Positions 1 to 15,485 are shown, counted from the stretch's first letter. The stretch is DNA of 64,000 nucleotides from an uncultured Chloroflexia bacterium (GCA_963768655.1 CAVYIM010000003.1:160001-224000); one strand, 5' to 3'. Notes: generated by a model not told the origin, from the sequence alone. Made by a program: numbers and translations.

Positions 1-1
1 G

Positions 2-556
2 GTCTACGGCGTCGGCGTCTCGCTCGCGACGCCGGACGGCCTGCCGCGACTCTTCGCTGCCAAGGATCGTCCACTCGACCGGGCCGTCGTCCTGCTGGTG
101 GCCGATGTCGATCAGGCGGCTTCGGTGGGCGTTCTCTCGCCGGCCGCTCGAGCGCTGGCCGAACGGTTCTGGCCAGGAGGCCTGACGCTCGTCCTGCCGC
201 AAGCTCTCGGCGCCGGGCTGCCTTCGGCCCTCACGGCCGGCGCTTCGACCATTGGCGTTCGGATCCCCGACCACGAATCTCCCCGCACCCTGGCGCGTGC
301 CCTCGGCCCGCTGCCGGTCACCTCGGCCAACCTGTCCGGCCATCTCGAGGCCCACGACGCTGCCGGAGTTTTCGCCGAGTTGGGAACCCGCATCGACCTG
401 ATCCTCGACGGCGGCAGCGCCCGCGGCGGCGTCGCCTCGACGATCGTGGACTGCTCGGGTGACACGCTGCGGATCCTTCGGGTTGGCGCGATTGCCCCGG
501 CCGTTCTGGTCGAGACGCTCACGGCCGCAGGCTTATCTCACGAATTCGAGCCGTGA
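2..556 (+). CDS. tsaC: L-threonylcarbamoyladenylate synthase (TsaC/Sua5), 5'-truncated by window edge
   Basis: Frame open from base 2 (VYGVGVS...AKDRP); motifs FWPGGLT, GVRIPDH, TSANLSG, STIVD, LRVGAI. Confidence 0.92.
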   Translation, partial: VYGVGVSLATPDGLPRLFAAKDRPLDRAVVLLVADVDQAASVGVLSPAARALAERFWPGGLTLVLPQALGAGLPSALTAGASTIGVRIPDHESPRTLARALGPLPVTSANLSGHLEAHDAAGVFAELGTRIDLILDGGSARGGVASTIVDCSGDTLRILRVGAIAPAVLVETLTAAGLSHEFEP

Positions 557-688
557 TGGAAACGCCGGCGGCTGCCGAAGCGAGCCGCCGGCGCTGACCG
601 GGGTCGGGAGGACGCCCGTGAGTTGGTGCGGAGTGGAAGGATTCCCTGACTGCGCCGGCCCTGGGAAGGGCGCGGTGTGTCGGCTGCT

Positions 689-1477
689 CTAGCTACCGGC
701 GTAGGTTCCGGCGTGCGACTCCGTGGAGCCGGGCGTGGTGTCACCGGAGCATTCGTGCGCCGGGGCGAGAATGGGCAGCAGTGGCGTGCCGTTGTCGACG
801 TCCGGAAGAACCGCGAGCGGTTGAGGGCTGCCAATGGGGCCTGGATTTGAGCCGCTGCTGGTGACGGTCGTGACATCGATGGAACACGGGTCTGACTTAC
901 CGCCGCCTGGCGCTTTGGGCGTGCCGCTGGTCGCTTCCGGAAGCAGTTGCACCGGCTCAGGAGTGCCGGCAGCAGGGCCGGGGTTGAAAGGGCCCAGAAT
1001 GGTGCCGGGATTGGAGTCGATGTTGGTTCCGGCGTTGGTTCCGGCGCCGGTTCCTGCGTTACCGGCGTTGGTGCCTGTGCTCGGGCCCGACGGAGTGAAG
1101 CCGGGCGTGGTGTCACCGGAGCATTCGTGCGCCGGGGCGAGAATGGGCAGCAGTGGCGTGCCGTTGTCGACGTCCGGAAGAACCGCGAGCGGTTGAGGGC
1201 TGCCAATGGGGCCTGGATTTGAGCCGCTGCTGGTGACGGTCGTGACGGAACAGGGGTCAGACTGACTGCCGCTGGCTGCCTTGGACGTGCCGCTGGTCAA
1301 CGAGGCCAGTTCGGCTTGAGCGGCGGTCCTCGCGCCTCCAACGGGGTAGCCCTGAGGCTCCCGCGATGCGGCGACCGCGCCGGCTGTCCAAACGACGAGG
1401 GACGCGACAACGGCCGCGAGAATGATGGCGCCGACTGCCGGTCGTCGGAAGCGCTGCAGGTTGTCTAGCGAGTTCAT
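689..1477 (-). CDS. Putative exported low-complexity protein with two internal repeats, each with two Cys
   Basis: RBS GGAGGG before ATG; basic then hydrophobic N-terminus ending AVA; duplicated DPCS...AHECSGDTTPG unit. Confidence 0.7.
   Translation of the reverse strand: MNSLDNLQRFRRPAVGAIILAAVVASLVVWTAGAVAASREPQGYPVGGARTAAQAELASLTSGTSKAASGSQSDPCSVTTVTSSGSNPGPIGSPQPLAVLPDVDNGTPLLPILAPAHECSGDTTPGFTPSGPSTGTNAGNAGTGAGTNAGTNIDSNPGTILGPFNPGPAAGTPEPVQLLPEATSGTPKAPGGGKSDPCSIDVTTVTSSGSNPGPIGSPQPLAVLPDVDNGTPLLPILAPAHECSGDTTPGSTESHAGTYAGS
727..1246. repeat. Exact 148-bp direct repeat (727-874 and 1099-1246)
   Basis: Identical base for base by eye; offset 372 bp, in frame. Confidence 0.95.
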
Positions 1478-1800
1478 CGAAACCCTCCGTGAAGTGTGTA
1501 GGTGGATGTGGTGTCATGCATGCGCCCGTTTGACGCCAGCCACTCCGCTTGGGTTCCGCCAGCCGATTGAGCCCATCCGGCGGCGCCCGCCGTCGAGGTT
1601 CGGCCCGGGCGGCGGGGTCAAGATGTCGCGGCCCCAGATCGCAGTGGGTCCACCCCTGACGGACGCCGCCACGCCCGATCGGCGACAATAGGCCCGACGC
1701 CGGCCGCGGAGGCAAAGAGGAAGTCGGCGAGAGTCACGCGGCGGCGTTGACCCGATGGCGGCGGCGCGGAACGTCCGACCCGGAGCAGTAAGGAGCAACC

Positions 1801-3081
1801 ATGACGATCGCACGTCGAGAGGGGATCGCCTGGGCCCGGCTGGCCGACGTCGACCCCGAGCTGTGGGCGGCCATTCGCGGCGAGACCGATCGTCAGCGCT
1901 GGAAGATCGAGCTGATTGCCAGCGAGAACTACACCTTCGCGGCCGTGATGGAAGCTCAGGGCTCGCCGCTCACTAACAAGTACGCCGAGGGCCTCCCGGG
2001 CAAGCGCCATTACGGCGGCTGTGAGTTCGTCGACGTCGCCGAGCGCCTGGCCCAGGACCGTGCCCTGGCCCTCTTCCCCGGCGCGGAGCACGTCAACGTG
2101 CAGCCTCATTCCGGCGCCCAGGCCAACATGGCGGCATACCTCAGCGTCCTTCAGATCGGTGACCGGATCCTGGGCATGAACCTGGCCCATGGCGGGCACC
2201 TGACCCACGGCTCACCGGCCAACTTCAGCGGCAAGTGGTTCGAGGTCCACGCCTACGGCGTCGATCCGGTGACCGAGCAGATCGACTACGAGGCCCTGAA
2301 GAAACAGGCGGCCGAAGTCCGGCCCAAGCTGATCGTCGCCGGCGCCAGCGCCTACCCTCGAACCATCGACTTCGAGCGCATGGCGGCGATCGCCCACGGC
2401 GTCGACGCGCTGCTGATGGTCGACATGGCCCATATCGCCGGACTCATCGCGGCCGGCCTCCACCCGACGCCGTTCGGCCACGCGGACATCGTGACGACCA
2501 CAACTCACAAGACTCTCCGCGGCCCGCGCGGCGGCCTCATCTTCTGCCGCGAGGACCTGGGCAAGGCCGTCGATAGAAGCGTCTTCCCGGGTGTCCAGGG
2601 CGGCCCGCTGATGCACGTCATCGCCGCCAAGGCCGTCGCCCTCAAGCTCGCCGCCACGGACGAGTTTCGCGAAGATCAGCGCCAGACGATCGCCAATGCC
2701 AAGCTCCTGGCGGCTACTCTCACCGAGAAAGGCGCGCGCGTAGTCTCCGGCGGGACGGACAACCACCTCATGCTGGTCGACGTCACGCCGCTCGGCGTGA
2801 ACGGCAAGGAAGCCGAGCACCTCCTCGACGAGATCGGCATCACCGTCAACCGGAACTCCATCCCGTTCGACAAGAATCCACTCACGGTTGGCTCCGGCAT
2901 CCGCGTCGGCACGCCGGCCACCACCAGCCGCGGCTTCCGCGCGCCGGAGATGCGGCAGATCGGCGAGATCATCATCACCGCCATCGTCGCTCGGGACGAT
3001 CCGTCCGAGCAGGCCAAGCTTTCGGCCTTGGTCCATGACATGTGCGCCCGCTTCCCGGTACCTGGCCTGGCCGACGGCTGA
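1801..3081 (+). CDS. glyA: Serine hydroxymethyltransferase
   Basis: LIASEN, NKYAEG, GGHLTHG, PLP lysine motif [13 protein letters not shown]; RBS AAGGAG. Confidence 0.98.
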   Translation: MTIARREGIAWARLADVDPELWAAIRGETDRQRWKIELIASENYTFAAVMEAQGSPLTNKYAEGLPGKRHYGGCEFVDVAERLAQDRALALFPGAEHVNVQPHSGAQANMAAYLSVLQIGDRILGMNLAHGGHLTHGSPANFSGKWFEVHAYGVDPVTEQIDYEALKKQAAEVRPKLIVAGASAYPRTIDFERMAAIAHGVDALLMVDMAHIAGLIAAGLHPTPFGHADIVTTTTHKTLRGPRGGLIFCREDLGKAVDRSVFPGVQGGPLMHVIAAKAVALKLAATDEFREDQRQTIANAKLLAATLTEKGARVVSGGTDNHLMLVDVTPLGVNGKEAEHLLDEIGITVNRNSIPFDKNPLTVGSGIRVGTPATTSRGFRAPEMRQIGEIIITAIVARDDPSEQAKLSALVHDMCARFPVPGLADG

Positions 3082-3204
3082 GCCGGATCGCCGCGCCGGC
3101 CGAGACGGCAGGATCGCCGGGTGGCCCTTTTCGGCGGCGCTTTCGGGGGGTAAGCGTTGCCGCAAGTCGGCTGCTACACTCACGGCGCCCTGCCAGGGAG
3201 ACCG

Positions 3205-3441
3205 ATGAACGATGTCGGGAAGGCGTCTGCGTACGTCGCCCTTTTCTCCGAAATCGCGTTCGTACTGCTGATCGCAGTGCTGGCAGGGGTGCTCGGCGGC
3301 TACTGGCTCGACCAGCGCCTGGGCACCGTCCCAGTCTTCGCGCTCATCGGGTTCGCGCTCGGGTGCATCGGTGGAGCCGTCGCCTGTTGGCGGTTCCTCA
3401 CCCGGTTCCTGGCCCAAATGGATGAAGACGACAAGGAATGA
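3205..3441 (+). CDS. AtpZ/AtpI-family small membrane protein
   Basis: GYWLDQRLGT motif between two TM helices; first gene of atp operon; GGGAG before ATG 3205. Confidence 0.8.
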   Translation: MNDVGKASAYVALFSEIAFVLLIAVLAGVLGGYWLDQRLGTVPVFALIGFALGCIGGAVACWRFLTRFLAQMDEDDKE

Positions 3442-3481
3442 CGCGGCTCCATGGCGGGCCGCAGGCTAACGCGGAGCTAGA

Positions 3482-4564
3482 GTGACAAGCGATCCGGACC
3501 CGGCGCCTGCCATGATCGAGGAGAGCCTGGAACCGGCCACGCCGGCGCAGGCGGCGCCGCCGGCTGCGCCCAGGAAGCGGGCCCACGGGATCCCATTCAA
3601 GTTCTTGATTCCCGCGGTCATCGGCCTCGACATGCTGGCCGTCATCCTGGTGCCGCCTTTCCCCGAAGGCGGAACGCAGGGCCAGGCGTGCGGCTTCCCG
3701 TCGTGCTTCGTCCAGAGCGCGATCGAACTGCCGCCGCCCGCGATCGTGTTCGACCTCTCGCCCTCCACGGCGCCGTCGCCACTGCCCATGATCTACTTCC
3801 ACCCCAGCATCAGTTCCACGATCCTGACGATGTGGATCGTGATGGCGTTCATCCTGCTGCTGGCTTTCGTCGCGACGCGGGGCATGAAGCTGGTTCCGGG
3901 CCGGCTGCAGAACGCCGTCGAGTGGGCTTACGAGTTCGGACGGGACTTCGCGGTGGGGATCGGCGGTGAGGGTGCGGGCCGCTACTATCCGATCTTCGCC
4001 GCCTTTTTCGTGCTGATCCTGGTCTCGAACTGGAGCGGCCTTGTGCCGCCGATCGGCAAGATCCCACAGCTCCGGGCGCCGACCAGCGACGTCAACATAA
4101 CCATCGGCCTGGCGCTCACCTCTTTCGTGCTGTTCCAGGGTGAGGGTTTCCGGCGGCTGGGCGTGCGCGGCTATCTCGGCAAGTTCTTCCCGCTCGGCGA
4201 GTTCCGCCACGGAATCGGCGCGGGCGTGCTGGCGATGTACGTCGGCATCATCGAGCTCTTCCTGGAATTCGTGAAGCCGGTGACGCTGGCCATGCGACTC
4301 TTCGGCAACATCTACGGCGGCGAGGTCGCCCTGGCAGTCATCTCGGCCCTGACCCTGGCGATCATTCCCGTGGCCCTGTATGGGCTCGAGGCGCTCCTGA
4401 ACTTGATCCAGGCCCTCATCTTCTCCGTGCTGACCCTTATGTTCATCCTGATCGCCATCGAGGGCCACGAACCCGAAGAGCATCATCCGGCGGTAGCCGG
4501 CGCAACCGCACCAGACCACCAGGCGCCGGGAGGCGCCGATCAATCTCAGCCCGTGGCGGCCTGA
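3482..4564 (+). CDS. atpB: ATP synthase Fo subunit a
   Basis: PGRLQNAVE, PTSDVN, KPVTLAMRLFGNIYGGE, IQALIF. Confidence 0.96.
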   Translation: MTSDPDPAPAMIEESLEPATPAQAAPPAAPRKRAHGIPFKFLIPAVIGLDMLAVILVPPFPEGGTQGQACGFPSCFVQSAIELPPPAIVFDLSPSTAPSPLPMIYFHPSISSTILTMWIVMAFILLLAFVATRGMKLVPGRLQNAVEWAYEFGRDFAVGIGGEGAGRYYPIFAAFFVLILVSNWSGLVPPIGKIPQLRAPTSDVNITIGLALTSFVLFQGEGFRRLGVRGYLGKFFPLGEFRHGIGAGVLAMYVGIIELFLEFVKPVTLAMRLFGNIYGGEVALAVISALTLAIIPVALYGLEALLNLIQALIFSVLTLMFILIAIEGHEPEEHHPAVAGATAPDHQAPGGADQSQPVAA

Positions 4565-4617
4565 CCGCCAGCAATGCGACTGCCCGGCCGTCGGTCCGGG
4601 ACAAGGAGGACACCTTC

Positions 4618-4833
4618 ATGCTCGAGCACATCGGAGCCGGACTCGCAGCCATGGGCGTGATCGGCCCCGGCATCGGCATCGGCATCCTGGCCGGCATGTC
4701 CAGCAACGCCATCGGGCGCAACCCGGATGCAGCCGGCCAGATCCGCGGCCTGGCGATCATCCTCGCCGGCTTCGCCGAAGGCCTCGGCGTGCTGGCGATC
4801 GTGGTCGGCCTGCTGACCATCTTCATCAAGTAG
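4618..4833 (+). CDS. atpE: ATP synthase Fo subunit c
   Basis: GxGxGxG helix, RNP loop, FAEG carboxylate; no Na+-type Q/ES(T) signature seen. Confidence 0.97.
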   Translation: MLEHIGAGLAAMGVIGPGIGIGILAGMSSNAIGRNPDAAGQIRGLAIILAGFAEGLGVLAIVVGLLTIFIK

Positions 4834-4857
4834 GGCCGAGGCCACGGAGCGAGTCGA

Positions 4858-5439
4858 GTGAACCCCCTGGCGACAGCCGTCGCGACAGCGGCCGCGACGG
4901 CCGCGGCTTCGACGACGACGGCGCCCGAAGCGCCCGGCCTGTCAATCAACTTCTTCTGGGTGATCGTCGCGGCGCTCAACTTCATCGTGTTCCTGGCCCT
5001 GATCTGGCGCTTCGGGTTCGATCCGATCGCCAACATCCTGGCCCAGCGCAAGACTCGCATCGACCAGGGGCTGGCCGACGCCCAGCAGGCTCGCAAGGAT
5101 CGCGATGGAGCTGCAGCCGATCGCGATCGGGTGATGGCCGATGCGCGGCGCGAGGCTCAGGCGCTCATCGTCGCGGCCCAGAAGTCCGCCGAGGAGCTCC
5201 GGGGAGCGGATATCGCCGCCACTCGCAAAGACCTGGACAGCATGCGTGAGCGGGCTCTAGCCGACATCCAGGCCGAGCGCGACCGCGCCCTCGCCGACCT
5301 TCGCTCCCAGGTCGCCGACCTGGCGCTCCTGGCGGCCGGCAAGGTCGTGGGCGAGACCATGACCGAGGCCCGCCAGCGACGCCTCGTCGAGGAGTTCCTC
5401 GCCGATCGCCCCGTGAACGGCGAGGGACGGACCAACTGA
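4858..5439 (+). CDS. atpF: ATP synthase Fo subunit b
   Basis: N-terminal TM ([18 protein letters not shown]) then coiled coil; operon position. Confidence 0.94.
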   Translation: MNPLATAVATAAATAAASTTTAPEAPGLSINFFWVIVAALNFIVFLALIWRFGFDPIANILAQRKTRIDQGLADAQQARKDRDGAAADRDRVMADARREAQALIVAAQKSAEELRGADIAATRKDLDSMRERALADIQAERDRALADLRSQVADLALLAAGKVVGETMTEARQRRLVEEFLADRPVNGEGRTN

Positions 5440-5981
5440 TGCCGCATTCCGCCCCGGCCCGCCGCTACGCCCAGGCGCTCTTCGAGCTGGCCACGCGCGC
5501 CGGCAAGGTCGACGCCTGGCGGGCCGACATCGGCCTCGCGTGCGGGCTGGCGCAGGACGAGCGAGCAGTCCAGGCGATCGACAGCCCCGCCGTGCCGTTC
5601 CGCCAGCGCCGCAAGATCGTGGAGCAGATCCTGGTGACCCGTGTCTCCAGGCAGGTGCTGAACCTGTCGCTGCTCCTGGCCGAGCGAGGTCGCTTCTCGC
5701 TGATGCCGGCGGTCAGCGACGAGTACGACGATCTGGTTCGCCAGTCGCGCGGCATCGTCGGCGTAACCGTGAGCTCTCCAGGGCCCCTCTCCCAAGCCGA
5801 GCTGGCAATGGTCAAGGACCGAATCGAGCGGCTTGCCGGGGCGCGTGTGGAGATCTCCACCGAGACCAATCCGGCACTCATCGGCGGACTGTGCGTCATG
5901 ATCGGCGACCTCCAGATCGATGCCAGCGTGGCGAACCGCCTGGCGCGGCTTCGCCGCCAGCTGGTCCAGGGAATGAACTAG
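5439..5981 (+). CDS. atpH: ATP synthase F1 subunit delta
   Basis: [18 protein letters not shown]. Confidence 0.95.
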   Translation: MPHSAPARRYAQALFELATRAGKVDAWRADIGLACGLAQDERAVQAIDSPAVPFRQRRKIVEQILVTRVSRQVLNLSLLLAERGRFSLMPAVSDEYDDLVRQSRGIVGVTVSSPGPLSQAELAMVKDRIERLAGARVEISTETNPALIGGLCVMIGDLQIDASVANRLARLRRQLVQGMN

Positions 5982-6026
5982 AGTCGGGCACCGCCACGGC
6001 GGGCCCGCGGGCCGAACGGAGAAGGC

Positions 6027-7559
<1,533 letters not shown>

Positions 7560-7614
7560 GGCGAGGGCGGCGCAACCACAGGCGCAACCACAGTCACATC
7601 ACCGAACCTGGTAG

Positions 7615-9939
<2,325 letters not shown>

Positions 9940-10018
9940 CCGCGCACCTCGTGCTGGTCCGCCTCGGCACCGCGGGTCGACGCCACGGCCCGGCCGTGAC
10001 GAGTGAAGGAATGAAGTA

Positions 10019-10498
10019 GTGCCCCTCCACCTCGAGATCGTCACTCCTGAGAAACGGGCCTTCACCGGCGACGTGGACGAGGTTGTCGTGCCCGGCAGCG
10101 AGGGCGAGCTCGGCATCCTGCCCCACCACGCGCCGTTGATCTCGACCCTCGGTCAGGGCGTGCTGCGCCTCAAGAGCGGCGGGCGGGAGCAGGAGTTCGC
10201 GATCTTCGGCGGCTTCTTGCAAGTCCGGCCGGATCGCGTCGTCGTACTGGCAGAGACGGCCGACATGGACTCCGAGATCGATCTCGAACGCGCCGAGCGC
10301 GCCCGCCGCGAGGCAGAGCGCGTCATCGAAGGCGGCTTCGTGGAGCCGGCCGACCTGGCGGTCGCGCGGGCCGCTCTCCAGCGCGCGCTCATCCGAATCC
10401 GCGTCGCCGAGCGCGGGGAGCGCAGACCGCGAGGGCCGCACGAGGCGGCGCGCCGGCATGCGGAGGCGCATCGCGAGGAACCGCCGGGCGGCGAGTAG
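10019..10498 (+). CDS. atpC: ATP synthase F1 subunit epsilon
   Basis: LEIVTPE, GELGILPHHAPL, GGFLQV. Confidence 0.96.
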   Translation: MPLHLEIVTPEKRAFTGDVDEVVVPGSEGELGILPHHAPLISTLGQGVLRLKSGGREQEFAIFGGFLQVRPDRVVVLAETADMDSEIDLERAERARREAERVIEGGFVEPADLAVARAALQRALIRIRVAERGERRPRGPHEAARRHAEAHREEPPGGE

Positions 10499-10500
10499 CG

Positions 10501-11832
10501 ATGGCCGACGCCCGCCCGTTCCACTGGGAGTTCAAGCCCGAGGAAGTCGACCGCGAGGTCTTCCGAATCGAGGGCGGCCGCCGCCTGGAAGGTTCGGTTT
10601 CGATCAGCGGCGCCAAGAACGCGGCGCTCAAGCTGATGGCCGCAGCCACGCTGACCGGGGAACGGTGCCGCTTCACCAACGTTCCCGAGATCGAGGACGT
10701 GCGAGTCCTGGCCGAAGTCCTGGCGGACATCGGCGTGACCGTCGATCATCCCGAGCCCAATGTCTACGAAGTCGCAAGCGGCGATGCCGAATGGCTGTTC
10801 GTGCCCCTCGAGGCGGCGGCCAAGATGCGGGCCAGCTTCATCCTGCTGGGCCCGCTGCTCACTCGCTTCGGGCGGGTCATCATCAGCAACCCGGGCGGGG
10901 ACCGGATCGGCCGCCGGCCCGTGAACCTGCACGTCGACGCGATGCGGGCCCTGGGCGCGGAAATCGAGTACCGCAACGGCTACTACTTCGCCAAAGCCCC
11001 GGGCCGGCTGCGCGGCGGCCGCGTGTCGTTTCCGCAGATCACCGTCATGGGCACCGAGAACGCCATCCTCGCCGCGACTCTCGCGGTCGGGCACACCGTC
11101 ATCGAGCCGGCCGCCCGGGAGCCGGAGATCGACGACCTGATCGCCTTCCTCGTCGACATGGGCGCCGAGGTCGAACGGACCGCGCCAAACCGCATCGAGA
11201 TCGAGGGCCGGCGCAGGCTGCGCGGCGCTCAGCACGCCGTCGTCTCCGACCGCATCGAAGCTGGGACCTTCGTCGTCGCGGCCGCCGTCACGCGCGGTCG
11301 AGTCACGCTCCGGAATGCCCCGTGCGGCCATTTCGACGCGCTCGTGGGAGTCATGTCGGAGATGGGCGTCTCGGTCAGCTGCGGCGCCGACACGGTGGAG
11401 GTGGACGCGACCGCCGCGGATCTTCGCCCGTTCAAGTGCGCCGACATCGAGACGCAGCCCTACCCCGGCCTGGCGACCGATCTTCAACCACCCACCTGCG
11501 TTCTGCTAACCCAGTCGGAAGGCGAGAGCCACGTCACCGAGACGATCTTCGAGGATCGCCTGGAGTGGCTCGGCGAGCTGCGCCGCATGGGCGCCCGGAT
11601 CGAGATCCCGGATCCGCATCACGCCACCATTCACGGCCCGACGCAGCTTCACGGCGTGGATGTCGAGATCGGCGATCTTCGAGCCGGCGCGTCCCTTATC
11701 CTGGCGGCTCTGGCTGCCGAGGGCGTGACCACGATTCGCGGCGCGCACCACGTACACCGCGGCTATGAGAAGATCGACACGAAATTCCTGGAGCTCGGCG
11801 CCAGGATCGAACGGCTTGCGGAAGGGACATAG
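10501..11832 (+). CDS. murA: UDP-N-acetylglucosamine 1-carboxyvinyltransferase (Cys->Asp variant)
   Basis: SGAKNAAL, MRASF, PGGDRIGRRP, DRIEAGT, FEDR, DLRAGA. Confidence 0.97.
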   Translation: MADARPFHWEFKPEEVDREVFRIEGGRRLEGSVSISGAKNAALKLMAAATLTGERCRFTNVPEIEDVRVLAEVLADIGVTVDHPEPNVYEVASGDAEWLFVPLEAAAKMRASFILLGPLLTRFGRVIISNPGGDRIGRRPVNLHVDAMRALGAEIEYRNGYYFAKAPGRLRGGRVSFPQITVMGTENAILAATLAVGHTVIEPAAREPEIDDLIAFLVDMGAEVERTAPNRIEIEGRRRLRGAQHAVVSDRIEAGTFVVAAAVTRGRVTLRNAPCGHFDALVGVMSEMGVSVSCGADTVEVDATAADLRPFKCADIETQPYPGLATDLQPPTCVLLTQSEGESHVTETIFEDRLEWLGELRRMGARIEIPDPHHATIHGPTQLHGVDVEIGDLRAGASLILAALAAEGVTTIRGAHHVHRGYEKIDTKFLELGARIERLAEGT

Positions 11833-11841
11833 CGAAGCGGC

Positions 11842-12842
<1,001 letters not shown>

Positions 12843-12843
<1 letters not shown>

Positions 12844-13586
12844 TGGGCGGTCCCGAGGTACCCGCGGTGAACCCCGCACGGCGGGCGTTCATCGAACTGC
12901 ACTGTCACACGAGCGCCAGCTTCGACTCGCTGGCCGACCCCATGGCCGTGGCTCGGGCCGCGGCCAGGCGTGGCCTGACGCATCTGGCAGTCACGGACCA
13001 CGACCGCATCGATGCCGCCCTGCGCCTTCGCGACGCCGCTCCGCCCGAGTTGACGATCATCGTCGGCGAGGAGGTCAAGACGGCCGACGGCGACTTGATA
13101 GCGGTCTTCCTGCGTGAGGTCGTCCCGCCGGGCATGTCGGCCGTGGAGACGATCGCCGCGGTCCGGGAGCAGGGCGGCCTGGTGGGCGTCCCGCACCCAT
13201 TCGACGGCCGGCGCGGGTTCGGTCGAAAGAGCGGTGCAGAGCTCGAATCGATCGCCAATCTGGTCGACTGGGTGGAGGCCTACAACGCCCGCGTGATCGG
13301 TGGCTCGGCCAACGAGAAAGCGGCGCAGTTCGCCCACGAGCATGGGCTGCCGGGGGTCGGCGCATCGGACTCGCACACCGTCCTGGAGGTGGCCGTCACC
13401 TGCACCATCGTGACCGGCGATCCCGGAACTCCGGAGGGCCTGCGCGCGTCGTTGGCGGCAGTGGACTTCCTGCCGGGACGCGCGAGCTTCTACGTGCGCG
13501 CCTGGACGCCGCTTGCGAAGATGGTCCAGTCCATGAAGGGGAACGGCCGGCGCCGGGCCCAGGAAGTCAGGGGAGAAATCCGGTGA
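12843..13586 (+). CDS. PHP-domain metallophosphoesterase
   Basis: ELHCHT, VTDHD, GEE, PHPF, SDSH. Confidence 0.9.
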
Positions 13587-14734
13587 CCAAGCCAGCAGAC
13601 CATCACCGCCACCCGATGGGCGAGCCGCTCGAGCAAGAAGCCGAGGCTCTGATCGATCCGGAGGCGGCGGTCGAGATCCCTCCGGCCGAGCAGATGTCGC
13701 TGCTGCGGCGTCTCCGGCAGCCCCGAACCATCCTGTCGATCGCGGTCCCGATCGTCGTCATCGTCATCGCCGTGGCCCTCAACTGGTCGCAGATGAGCCA
13801 GGTGCCGGGTGCGATCGGTGGCGCCGACCCGCGCCTCATCCTGGTCGCCTTCGTCATCTATTACATCGGGTTCCCGCTGCGGGGCTTCCGCTGGACGAGG
13901 CTCCTGCGCGGCGCCGGATACAAGGTCAAGACCAGCGATGCGACGGAGGTCCTGTTTCTCTCCTGGTTCGTAAACTGCATAGTCCCGGCCAAGCTCGGCG
14001 ACCTGTATCGAGCCTATCTGCTCAAGCAGAACAGCCCGGTGTCTGCCACACGGACGCTGGGCACGGTCTTCATGGAGCGCATCCTGGATCTGGTCGCCAT
14101 CGCCGCACTGGGCGTGGCCGCGGGGTACTTCAGGTTCCGCGGCAGCCTCAACGATCTCCCCGAGGGCGTGCGGGTGATCTTCGCCTTCGGTGTCGTGATA
14201 GTGGTGGCGCTGATCGTTGCGCTTGTCGCGATGCGCAGCTTCGGACGCCGGGTCATAGTCGTGCTGAGGGTGCCGGCTCGTGGCGTCGAGCTGTACGACC
14301 GGTTCGAGGAAGGGGTCTTCGGCTCAGTGGGGTTGCGCGGCCTGCCCGTCCTCGGTCTGCTGACCTTCATGATCTGGGCGACCGAGGCGCTGCGGTTGTA
14401 CTTCGTGGTCCGCTCGCTCGGATTCGCAGACGTGGATCTGGGTCTCTCCGGGGCCATGTTCGTGGCCCTAATCGGGTCACTGCTGACGGCCGTGCCTCTG
14501 TTCCCGGGAGGCCTCGGGCTGGTGGACCTGGGGATGCTCGGGGTGCTGAAGACGTTCTTCACCAAGAACTCGATACACGCGACCGCGATCGTCGTGGTCG
14601 ACCGGGCGATCTCCGTCTTCTCGATCGTCATCCTGGGCGGCATTGCATACGTGCTGTCCTCAAAGCCGAGGGGTGGAGGAATGACAGTCGAGGAGATCCC
14701 GCCCTCACTCGCGCCGATGCGGCCGCCGGCCTGA
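13583..14734 (+). CDS. Lysylphosphatidylglycerol-synthase TM / flippase-like (UPF0104) membrane protein
   Basis: RW..LL, NCIVPAKLGDLYR, ERILD, PGGLG; multiple TM helices. Confidence 0.85.
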   Translation: MTKPADHHRHPMGEPLEQEAEALIDPEAAVEIPPAEQMSLLRRLRQPRTILSIAVPIVVIVIAVALNWSQMSQVPGAIGGADPRLILVAFVIYYIGFPLRGFRWTRLLRGAGYKVKTSDATEVLFLSWFVNCIVPAKLGDLYRAYLLKQNSPVSATRTLGTVFMERILDLVAIAALGVAAGYFRFRGSLNDLPEGVRVIFAFGVVIVVALIVALVAMRSFGRRVIVVLRVPARGVELYDRFEEGVFGSVGLRGLPVLGLLTFMIWATEALRLYFVVRSLGFADVDLGLSGAMFVALIGSLLTAVPLFPGGLGLVDLGMLGVLKTFFTKNSIHATAIVVVDRAISVFSIVILGGIAYVLSSKPRGGGMTVEEIPPSLAPMRPPA

Positions 14735-14972
14735 CTTTCGGCACCGTTCGGCGGCTCAAACTCGGGCCAGTGATACTGGTCGGCCGCTCGCGTCCGCCCG
14801 AATCCGGCCATATCTGCCCGAATCTGCCCGAACTGGACCTTACAGCTACCTTGCGGGGCAAACCGACAGTCGCTACACGTGCGGTACCAAAAGGTCATTC
14901 ACGCTTTGGCCGGCCGCTCCGATAGTTCCAGTATCCGGGTAGAATGCCCGCCTATCGGAGCCCACGAAGCGC

Positions 14973-15485
14973 ATGGCCGTACAGAACGGGCGAGGCTTCA
15001 ACGAGTGGCTGCGGGCCCAGCTCAAGGCGAAGAAGATGTCGCAGCGCCAGCTGGCCCAGCAATCCGGCGTTGACCATTCGACCATTTCCCGGCTGATCCG
15101 CGGCGACCGGATGCCGTCCCTGGGAACAGCCACGAAGCTGGCCCGCGGGCTGCGCGAGATCCGAGACGACTCCGATGCGCCGCAGTACCTGGGTGTCGTG
15201 ACCGGCGGAACCATCAATCCGACTGCTCGCGTCGAATACGCCCTCCGGGCCGACGACGTGCTCACGGAACCGCAGGTCCGCCAGATCATGGAGTACTACC
15301 TCGCGGTGCGGATGCGCCGCTTCGGCCGCGGCTACATCGGCATGCGGACAGAGGAACGCCCTATCGAGCCGCGCCGGCTCCTGGACGATCGTCGTGATAC
15401 GCCTGTCATGTCCGCGGTCGCCGGTCACGCAGCCCGGCCGATGGTCCGGCAGCTGCCTCCTCGCGCTCGCTCCGCCCGAGACTGA
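14973..15485 (+). CDS. XRE-family HTH transcriptional regulator
   Basis: MSQRQLAQQSGVDHSTISRLIRGDRMPS; TAGAAT -10-like box upstream. Confidence 0.85.
   Translation: MAVQNGRGFNEWLRAQLKAKKMSQRQLAQQSGVDHSTISRLIRGDRMPSLGTATKLARGLREIRDDSDAPQYLGVVTGGTINPTARVEYALRADDVLTEPQVRQIMEYYLAVRMRRFGRGYIGMRTEERPIEPRRLLDDRRDTPVMSAVAGHAARPMVRQLPPRARSARD

Noticed and set aside
14850-14900. GGGGCAAACC resembling the start of a c-di-GMP-I riboswitch
   Set aside because: The following GNRA hairpin and ACGCAAAGC element are absent
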